From assembly GCA_017624285.1 (NCBI GenBank), contig JAGANI010000033.1, positions 822 through 64,821 on the forward strand: a DNA stretch of 64,000 nt, read 5' to 3'. Shown here one piece after another: positions 38,899 through 47,026 of this stretch (position 1 is the first letter of the stretch; every line of letters starts with the position of its first letter). This DNA is from Clostridia bacterium. GTDB taxonomy: Bacteria; Bacillota; Clostridia; Christensenellales; Borkfalkiaceae. The notes under the pieces are model-generated. The model searched no databases. It had not been told where the DNA came from and worked only from the letters and a program-made list of their open reading frames with translations. A program made the position numbers and the translations under genes.

Positions 38899-41800
38899 AT
38901 GAAAAAGCTAATTACAATTTTAATCGCAATTATGATGTGCTTTAGCGTAATCGCCTGCACCAACAACAATAATAACGGTGGTGGTAACGGCGGCGCTGGC
39001 GACAGCAATTACGTACAGCTCATCAAAAACCAAACGTATTACGATCAAGTAGGCGTTATCGATAGTCTTACTGGTGTAGAGTTACAATCAAACTACACTA
39101 AAAACCTTTTCTATCGTAACAACGTTCCCTTTACTTGTGCCGATCCGTTTGCTTTCCAATGTACTGACGTTACTGATGAAGTTAACTACGGCAAGTTCTT
39201 TTTATACGGGACTGCTAGCGTAGGTGTATTCAACTGTTTTGAAAGTACCGACTTAGTAAGTTGGGAGCGTAAATTTGGCGCATATCAATGGCAAAACGAA
39301 GGTTGGGAAAAATCCGACTGTTGGGCGCCTGAAGTTGCTTACGATAAAGATGCAGACCCTGCTGATTACGGTTTAGAAGACGACGGTATCGGTCAAGGTG
39401 TGTACTTTTTCTACTATTCAGCATCTTCTTGGGTAGATTACATGCCCGACAACCAACGTGTTTTAGGTTTAGCAGTAGGTACTTCACCTTATGGTCCTTT
39501 CACTATGTATAATGGTGAAGAATTAGGCGCTAAAATCGGTGGTATCGATTACGGCACGGAAGACGGCTACTCTAACTTACAAGCAGCGTTCGATTCAGAT
39601 ACTGCAAAAGGCCGTGTTGGCGACGTTATCTCTATGGACGACCCATGGTTTAACGATTCCGCAGCGCGCGCATCGCTTTCTTTCCAGTTTGAAAATAAAG
39701 ATAAAGCAGGTAGTTGGGTAGACCCTGACGGCAACGTCGTTGATGAAAACACCCCCGACGCTACTTATATTCCTGAAAACGCCGCTTATATGGAAGTTGA
39801 CGAAGGCGCAGGTTGGATTACTTGTATCGACCCGCATCCTTACGTAGACCCCATTGACGGTCAAAAGTATTTATATTTCTCACTTTCCGGTGGCTCAAGA
39901 AGTGGTTATGACCAATACGGTTTACCTTACTGGCAAGGTCAACAAGTTTACGCAGTAAAAATGCTCGATAACGACTGGACTCAAATCGATTATTCTTCGA
40001 TGGTAAGATGTACCCGTGGTACTATCAACGTTATCTCTGACGCCGCTGCTGAAGCTTACCAAGACGACGCTGATAACTTCGACGCAAGTTTATATCCTTT
40101 AGGTCATCAAGAAGGCGACTTAGGTCTTGTGGTTGAAAGGGCAGAAGCAGAGTGCAGAATGTCTCAAGCAGGCGTTAACGAAGGTCCTTTCGTTCTTTAT
40201 AACGAAGATACCGGTTTATACTACATGACTATTTCCGTAGCAGGCTATACCGATTCTTCATACTCTTTAGTACAACTTACCGCTTATAGACCTACTGGTC
40301 CGTGGCGTAAGTTAGATTTAGACGAAGGCGCAGTAGTGCTTTCTACCGACGTTGGTAAAGCTATGGATAACGTTTTTGGTCCTGGCCACCACTCGTTTAT
40401 TCAGGTTGGGGACGAACTTATCAACGTTTACCACAAACACATTAACTACGCGCAATCAGTACATAACCGTGGTCCTGCAGTTGATAGGGTACAATGGGTT
40501 AAAAACAACCAAGGTATGACCGTTTTACATACTAACGGTCCGTCTACTGCTGTTCAACCGTTAATTTATGGTACTGGCGCTACTGAATACGATAACATCG
40601 CTGACGAAGCAACTATCACCACAACGGCTTCGACCGAAAGATATCTCGATGCTTTAAACGACGGTGTTGTTAGAATCCATAACGAAGACGTAGCTGCACA
40701 CCTTCACGAATATGAATTTGAAGACGCTACTAACGTTATTACCTTAAAATTTGATAGCTATAAGGCAATCACTGGTCTTATGATTTATAACAGTAGATTG
40801 ACTGATAGTTCTTTCTTAAATATCGCTAAGATTGAAATGGACGCTAAAATGAACGGTAAAGAGTTCACCGCGTATATTGAAAATCTTGAAATGTATTGGG
40901 ATAAATACACCTTTGCAAACGCATACGATATTTTACCGGGTTCTTCCGCAGTAGCAGTATTTGACGAACTCGCTATTAAAGAAATCCGCATTACCGTTAA
41001 CAATATTAACGATGCCGAAGCAGGTTACTCTGGTTATACGGCAATTTCAGATATCGTAGTTTTAGGTAAACCTGACTACACACCTAACGTTACTGGCGAC
41101 AACAGTGGCAACGTAACTATTAAAAATTATAACAACGTTAAACAAGAAGTTCGTGGCGTATACGACGGCTACACCATCGATGGTATTTTATCTGACGACG
41201 AATGGGGTCATTTAAATAGCTACGAAACCACCTTAAAGGTTGGTGGCGTTGACCACGACATCACTACGTCTATGGCGTTCACCTCAAAAGGTCTTGTCGT
41301 ATACTGGTCGGTATTGGGCGCACCTGCGTTCGTTAACCCCGACAGAGATATGCACAACAACTCTGGTATGGAAATTTACCTCGCTCCAGGTGATGCCGTT
41401 ACCACGTTAAACAAAGCTTGGCAGATTGAACTTTTCTACGACGGTACTTATGGTTCTACCAAATGGATTCAATTTGGTAACGGTTCACACGACGGTTATG
41501 CATCCTGTAACTCGTTTATCGATTGTTACGGTCAAGTAGATGGTATACCTAACGATGCTTCAAACAACGGTTACGTTTTAGAAGCGTATATCCCGTGGGA
41601 AATTTTTGGTCTTACCGAAGCGCCTGAATCAATGATGATGGACGGTGCAGTATTATACTGTCCTACCTATAACGGCAAGCGTGAAGCTTGGGTATCACTT
41701 TCATCCAACTTACGTCCTACGTATCAATGGAATAACCCGCAATCTTGGTATCGTTTCGATTCCGATGGCTGGGTAGATGACATTAACTTCGATGGTCACT

Positions 41801-44469
41801 GGGTATATACTGGTTATGAATCCGGCTTTATTGTTGGCGAAGACGGCTTAACTGTTGAAGTATTTAATCCTGAAGATCCGTGGAACTACGCTGCCCCTGT
41901 AAATATTCAGGCAGTAGGTCAGTTTGGTAACCCCGTATATCATCAAGCAAACTTCTTTGCTCCATCTATATACAATAGTGATTTAGCAGTTTACGAAAAT
42001 AATCCTAATGAAGAAACTTGCTTAAACGGTCTTTGGACTTCACAAGGTACGAAAGTTTCAGTTGAAACACAATATAACCAGGGTAATTGGTATTTACGTT
42101 TCGCTGGTCCGTGGTGGAATAACGCTCAACTTTCTGAAGCACAAGTAGCTTTATATAAAGATGCTAATAAGGGTTTACCGATCGGTTTATACGTTGACGG
42201 CAACACCGCAATCGCTTACGCTGACGACGGCACGGGTACGATGATTAAGATGATTACCATCGACGTTTCTTCAAAAGTTACTGGTTTTGATACAAGCTTA
42301 CCGTTTAAGGTAGGTATACACGCACAATGCGATTCTATTATTAAAAACCACGTAATATTTGGTGCAGCAACTACCGTTCCTTATATCGTTAACAATGGTG
42401 AGGCTTTAGTTGGCGGTAGCGTAACGGTTACCGGTAATATGACTGCTTCTACCATAACGGTTACCCCAGATGCTGGTTACGCGCTTGATAAACTTATCGT
42501 AAACGGTCAAGAAGTTAACTCTTTAGTTTGCAATGCAAGTTCACCCGTTCTTAATATTATCGTTACCTTTAAAGAAGTTGCTGGTGATACAGTTACTATC
42601 ACGTTAAACGGTGGCTTTGGCTACGAAGAAGCTAAACCTTTAGTAGGCGTGGCTGTATCTTTAATTGACGGCACGGATAATTATTACGGCGTAGTTGGCG
42701 CAGACGGCAAGGTAACGCTTACTATACCTGAAGGCGAATACACCTTAACCGCACAAGGTTACGCAAGCGCTACTATCGTAATCGACGGCGAAGATGCTTA
42801 TAGTGCAACTCTTATCAGAAACGTTTTCGGTAGACTTGATTACGGTAATTTAATCCCCGAAACTGCTTTCTTCCACGATAACGGTAGCATTAACGGTGCA
42901 ATCGTTTACTACGATGGTTCTCAAGCAGCGTTAGGTGATCCCGCCGGCGAAGCTGACGAAGCAAGATTTTATATTAACGAGCACGTTGATTTTAGTGGTC
43001 CAGTTGTATTAACTTATACCTTAAATATTCAACTTAACGTTAGGGCGTTTGCTCCTGTTGAATTTAATAGTAAATTTATGTGTAACTTCGGCGTATGGGA
43101 TAACGAAAGCTTAATTTACAAAAAGTACAACGCTAATCCTGCTATCAATATGAGCGTTCCTAAAAACACCCTTTCCGGCAAGACTTACGCAGTTGTAGAT
43201 TTCATCGTTATCGTTGAAGGCGCAAATGCAACCATTTTATACAAAGACGTTAACGGCGCAATAGTTTATATTGATACCTTCTCTCAAAACGAAAAAATCA
43301 CATCCATTAACTTCCGTACGGCAAACCACGGTGGTTATATCGGTTTTGAACGCGTTAAGGTTTACGATGGTGAAGGTGCTTTAGCGTTAATTGATAGTTA
43401 TGGCGCAAGCATTACTGTTGAGAATAATGATAACGCTACCGTAACCGCACAAAATAAGATTAAGTTTAACGAAACCGCTGATATCGTTATCACCCCTGCT
43501 GAAAATTATAAAATTTCCGCAGTCAAGATTAACGGTCAAGACGTAACTTTCTCTGCAAATATAGACGGTACAGTAGAACTTGAACTTACCCATAGCAATA
43601 TGGATATTGACGAATACGTTATCGAAGTTTCTGCTATCTTAAGCGTTATGACGACTGCTACGTTTAACGTATCTAGTGCAAAAGCTTACACCACCCCCGC
43701 TCCTATTGCTGACGGCACGGTTGTTACCGTAAAAGGCACTATGGGTACTTATACTCAGGCAGTAGTTGACGGCAAAATTTCCTTTACCGAAATTGCTTCA
43801 GGTGATTATCAACTTTCTATCAACGGCTACGTTTCCGCTACCGTTACGATTGATTCGGACGGCTTTGACGGCGACGTTACCTTAATGTATAATCCTTTTG
43901 TTGAAAGTTCTCATATGGATGTTTCTGGTATCGGTTCAGGTACGGTTAAATTCTTAAACAAGAGCACTGACGCCGTTAACTTAAAGGACGAAGATATTAA
44001 GTTCTTCTCTGCAAGAATTGTTGATAAAATCGATTTAAATTCACATGCTTTAGAAGCAACTTCCGATATCGGTGGTACTAAGATTTGGTTTATAAACGGC
44101 AACGGCGAAAAGGCTAACTGGGAAACCCAATACTTAGGACCTAACGCGCAATACGGTGGTAACGGTTCTAGCCCGCATTACCGTGTTCGTTTCCAAAATT
44201 CTTGGGAATATTACAATATCAGCACCACTTTACAAGACAACTTAGTTAACCCCGACAAGGGCTTAACCTTAGCAGTTGCATGTAAAAATGGTAAAGTTTA
44301 CGGCTTCATTAAAGACGAAGCAGATAACTGGGTATTATGTGTAGACTTTGATAAGTACACAGGTGATTTCCGTATTTTAGGCGTATGTTCTGAATTCGGC
44401 GCATCTACCTTACACGACGTATATTACTCCACTACTATCCCTGCTGAAGTTGACGCGCTTATCGTATAA
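38899..44469 (+). CDS. Giant surface lipoprotein, module 2 (fused form, 1856 aa), paralog of 32554-38139
   Basis: Signal peptide MKKLITILIAIMMCFSVIAC and an N/G linker. Collinear with module 1 (CADPFAFQC, CWAPE, IDPHPYVDP, NEGPFVLY, GPGHHSF; DGILSDDEWG...GYVLEAYIPW). RBS AAGGAGGAG upstream. Confidence 0.85.
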   Translation: MKKLITILIAIMMCFSVIACTNNNNNGGGNGGAGDSNYVQLIKNQTYYDQVGVIDSLTGVELQSNYTKNLFYRNNVPFTCADPFAFQCTDVTDEVNYGKFFLYGTASVGVFNCFESTDLVSWERKFGAYQWQNEGWEKSDCWAPEVAYDKDADPADYGLEDDGIGQGVYFFYYSASSWVDYMPDNQRVLGLAVGTSPYGPFTMYNGEELGAKIGGIDYGTEDGYSNLQAAFDSDTAKGRVGDVISMDDPWFNDSAARASLSFQFENKDKAGSWVDPDGNVVDENTPDATYIPENAAYMEVDEGAGWITCIDPHPYVDPIDGQKYLYFSLSGGSRSGYDQYGLPYWQGQQVYAVKMLDNDWTQIDYSSMVRCTRGTINVISDAAAEAYQDDADNFDASLYPLGHQEGDLGLVVERAEAECRMSQAGVNEGPFVLYNEDTGLYYMTISVAGYTDSSYSLVQLTAYRPTGPWRKLDLDEGAVVLSTDVGKAMDNVFGPGHHSFIQVGDELINVYHKHINYAQSVHNRGPAVDRVQWVKNNQGMTVLHTNGPSTAVQPLIYGTGATEYDNIADEATITTTASTERYLDALNDGVVRIHNEDVAAHLHEYEFEDATNVITLKFDSYKAITGLMIYNSRLTDSSFLNIAKIEMDAKMNGKEFTAYIENLEMYWDKYTFANAYDILPGSSAVAVFDELAIKEIRITVNNINDAEAGYSGYTAISDIVVLGKPDYTPNVTGDNSGNVTIKNYNNVKQEVRGVYDGYTIDGILSDDEWGHLNSYETTLKVGGVDHDITTSMAFTSKGLVVYWSVLGAPAFVNPDRDMHNNSGMEIYLAPGDAVTTLNKAWQIELFYDGTYGSTKWIQFGNGSHDGYASCNSFIDCYGQVDGIPNDASNNGYVLEAYIPWEIFGLTEAPESMMMDGAVLYCPTYNGKREAWVSLSSNLRPTYQWNNPQSWYRFDSDGWVDDINFDGHWVYTGYESGFIVGEDGLTVEVFNPEDPWNYAAPVNIQAVGQFGNPVYHQANFFAPSIYNSDLAVYENNPNEETCLNGLWTSQGTKVSVETQYNQGNWYLRFAGPWWNNAQLSEAQVALYKDANKGLPIGLYVDGNTAIAYADDGTGTMIKMITIDVSSKVTGFDTSLPFKVGIHAQCDSIIKNHVIFGAATTVPYIVNNGEALVGGSVTVTGNMTASTITVTPDAGYALDKLIVNGQEVNSLVCNASSPVLNIIVTFKEVAGDTVTITLNGGFGYEEAKPLVGVAVSLIDGTDNYYGVVGADGKVTLTIPEGEYTLTAQGYASATIVIDGEDAYSATLIRNVFGRLDYGNLIPETAFFHDNGSINGAIVYYDGSQAALGDPAGEADEARFYINEHVDFSGPVVLTYTLNIQLNVRAFAPVEFNSKFMCNFGVWDNESLIYKKYNANPAINMSVPKNTLSGKTYAVVDFIVIVEGANATILYKDVNGAIVYIDTFSQNEKITSINFRTANHGGYIGFERVKVYDGEGALALIDSYGASITVENNDNATVTAQNKIKFNETADIVITPAENYKISAVKINGQDVTFSANIDGTVELELTHSNMDIDEYVIEVSAILSVMTTATFNVSSAKAYTTPAPIADGTVVTVKGTMGTYTQAVVDGKISFTEIASGDYQLSINGYVSATVTIDSDGFDGDVTLMYNPFVESSHMDVSGIGSGTVKFLNKSTDAVNLKDEDIKFFSARIVDKIDLNSHALEATSDIGGTKIWFINGNGEKANWETQYLGPNAQYGGNGSSPHYRVRFQNSWEYYNISTTLQDNLVNPDKGLTLAVACKNGKVYGFIKDEADNWVLCVDFDKYTGDFRILGVCSEFGASTLHDVYYSTTIPAEVDALIV

Positions 44470-44485
44470 ACTTTAACTAAAAAAG

Positions 44486-44518
44486 AAAGCATCTCACTTT
44501 TAAGTGGGATGCTTTTTA
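44486..44518 (+). terminator. Intrinsic terminator after module 2
   Basis: AAAGCATCTCACttttaaGTGGGATGCTTT followed by TT. Confidence 0.7.
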
Positions 44519-44666
44519 TATGTAAAATTTTAAATGCTAAAAAGTTAATCTATATATATGGTATATATTGATATATTTAATTAATAATAATTTAAACCGT
44601 TATATATGCTGTTTTACGGTCTTACAAATAAAACAAAAAATCACAGTAATATATACAAAAAACCCA

Positions 44667-44695
44667 TTGAAATGGATTATTTTTTAGTGTATTAT
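44667..44695 (+). promoter_or_regulatory. Candidate promoter of lipoprotein module 3
   Basis: TTGAAA, a 17-nt spacer, then TATTAT. A perfect TATAAT lies 3 nt further downstream. AT-rich context. Confidence 0.3.
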
Positions 44696-44744
44696 AATAT
44701 TAAGGCGTATTTTTTGCGCTTTTAGTAAAAGAAGGAGGTTTTTT

Positions 44745-47012
44745 ATGAGGAAACTTTTTACCCTTATACTTTCGGGTTTAATGCTTTTTTCCATTTTGTT
44801 ATCCGGCTGTAATACCGACGATAACGCAAACGCATTTTTACCCAAAGTATACGCATTAGGTACGGGCAGTGGTCAAAGTGTAACTGGCGTAACGGAAGAC
44901 GGCAAGCCTTACGCTACTATGCTTGAAGACGTTCATTACAGTAACGAAATCGGTGTTTATGACGAAAGCTCCCGTAACGAGATTGTAGAAGTTTATAACA
45001 AAGACGTATTTTATCGTAACAACAACTGGTTCGAGTGCGCCGACCCCGCCGTTTTTAGGTGCGAGGACGTTACCGATACTGAAAATTACGGTAAATACTA
45101 CTTATACGGCACGACTGACGTTGGTGTTTTTAACTGTTACGAAAGTCTTGATTTAGTTAGCTGGAAGCCTAAATACCCCGCTTATATGTATAGCGAGGGT
45201 GGTTGGGAAGGCAAAGAAAGCTGGGCGCCCGAAGTTGTTTGGGATAAAAACGCCGACCGCGAACTTTGTGGTTTAGACCCCAACGCTAAAGGTACTGGTG
45301 TGTATTATTTATTTTATACCGCAGGCCCGTCGTCTAAATATTACTATATGGCTGATACCGTTAGAGATTTAGATTTAGGTTTAGCAGTATCAACTTCACC
45401 CTACGGCCCGTTTGTTGCGTGGAGTGGGGTAGAGCAGGGCGCAACAATAGGTGGCGTTAATTATGCTGAAGCGGAAAATTATCAAAAATATACCACTTAT
45501 AAAGATAAAGATTTAGCTGAAGTTCCCGAACACGGCAGACGTAATGGTGAAGTTACTCGCGACGATATCTGGTTTAACATCCCTGCAATGCGCGCGTCGA
45601 TGACCTTCCAATATAATAATAGGGAAAACGCTGGTAAGTGGGTGGATGCCGACGGCAACGTAGTACCACAAAACACAGCAGGTGCTACTTTTGTACCCGA
45701 ACAAGCTAGATTTATGGAACTTGACGAAGGTGTTGGCAACGCTGTTTTATTAGATTCACATCCGTTTATCGACCCCGTTACTGGGGATTACTATATGTAT
45801 TTTAGTAGATCTGCGCAAGATACGCAAACTTCACGTATTTTTGACGAATACGGTCCTGTGTTCGATTTCCAATCGATTTACGCAGTAAAAATGCTTAATA
45901 ATAACTGGGGTCAGGTGGATTATTCTACCGTAACTAGGGTTATGCGCCCCAAACTTAACTTTATTAACGAGCTTGCTTGCGACGGCTACTATGAAGACGC
46001 TAAAAACTTTGATAATACACCTTATAATATAAAGGTCGACGAAGTCAAGGGTGCTACTGAAAACCCTTGGACTTGTGCCCCGTGTGATTCCGACCAGGAC
46101 GAAATCAAAATTAACGAAGGTCCTTATATGATCTATAACCCAGAGTGTGGTTTGTATTATCTTATGCTTTCGTCTGGGACTTATTCAAGAAACGCTTACG
46201 CGGTTAACCTTTGCGTAGGTTACTCACCTTTAGGACCTTTCAGAAAATTATCTTGTGAAGAAGGCGGTTTAGCGTTATCTGTAGATAATGGCGCTACTAC
46301 CGAAGTTATGCGTGGCGTAGGTCACCACTCTATGATTCAACTTGGCGACGATTTAGTTATGTGCTATCACCACCAAGTTAATCCTACTGGCGACGTTCAC
46401 TCTCGTGCGCCCACAATTGATAGGGTTGTTTGGACTGTAAACGGCAACGGATTACCCGTTATGTATACCAACGGGGCTACAAATACCGTTCAACCTAAGA
46501 TTTACGGCATTGGCGCAACTAAGTACGATATCATCTCTACCGACGCTGTTTTAACTGCAAAGGGTGGCACAAACTATAACGATTTAAGTTTACTTACAGA
46601 CGGTGTTATACCCGTTCATCCAAACTCTAGAATTTCACCTTTTATAAAGGAGTTTTCCTTCTCCGATAGTTCAATTACCTTTGTGTTTAGCTTTAGCGAA
46701 TATCGCAAGATTGTTTCGGTAATGGTATATCAAAGTTTAAATTGGGATTACACCTTTAACGAAATTGCTAAAATCGAAATGGATGCTAAAATCAATGGTA
46801 TTGAAGGCGTGCTTATTATCGAAAATTTAGCTTACAACTGGGATTTAGGCATGCAGGATAATAACGAGCTTATGCGCGCAGGTTCTAACGCAGTTGCCGT
46901 GTTTGAAGAAGTCGATTGTAAAGAAGTACGCATTACGGTAAATAAGCCGTATTCGGACTACGACGTGCATATTCCCGAAATTTACATTTTGGGCGTACCT
47001 AAAAATGCGTAA
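44745..47012 (+). CDS. Surface lipoprotein, module 3 head (755 aa): GH43-like propeller + discoidin-like domain only
   Basis: Signal peptide MRKLFTLILSGLMLFSILLSGC. Motifs CADPAVFRC, LYGTT, SWAPE, LDSHPFIDP, NEGPYMIY, GVGHHSM. It ends ...IYILGVPKNA*, exactly where the fused paralogs read ...VLGKPDYTP. Confidence 0.85.
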   Translation: MRKLFTLILSGLMLFSILLSGCNTDDNANAFLPKVYALGTGSGQSVTGVTEDGKPYATMLEDVHYSNEIGVYDESSRNEIVEVYNKDVFYRNNNWFECADPAVFRCEDVTDTENYGKYYLYGTTDVGVFNCYESLDLVSWKPKYPAYMYSEGGWEGKESWAPEVVWDKNADRELCGLDPNAKGTGVYYLFYTAGPSSKYYYMADTVRDLDLGLAVSTSPYGPFVAWSGVEQGATIGGVNYAEAENYQKYTTYKDKDLAEVPEHGRRNGEVTRDDIWFNIPAMRASMTFQYNNRENAGKWVDADGNVVPQNTAGATFVPEQARFMELDEGVGNAVLLDSHPFIDPVTGDYYMYFSRSAQDTQTSRIFDEYGPVFDFQSIYAVKMLNNNWGQVDYSTVTRVMRPKLNFINELACDGYYEDAKNFDNTPYNIKVDEVKGATENPWTCAPCDSDQDEIKINEGPYMIYNPECGLYYLMLSSGTYSRNAYAVNLCVGYSPLGPFRKLSCEEGGLALSVDNGATTEVMRGVGHHSMIQLGDDLVMCYHHQVNPTGDVHSRAPTIDRVVWTVNGNGLPVMYTNGATNTVQPKIYGIGATKYDIISTDAVLTAKGGTNYNDLSLLTDGVIPVHPNSRISPFIKEFSFSDSSITFVFSFSEYRKIVSVMVYQSLNWDYTFNEIAKIEMDAKINGIEGVLIIENLAYNWDLGMQDNNELMRAGSNAVAVFEEVDCKEVRITVNKPYSDYDVHIPEIYILGVPKNA

Positions 47013-47026
47013 GGGGGTAAGTAGAT

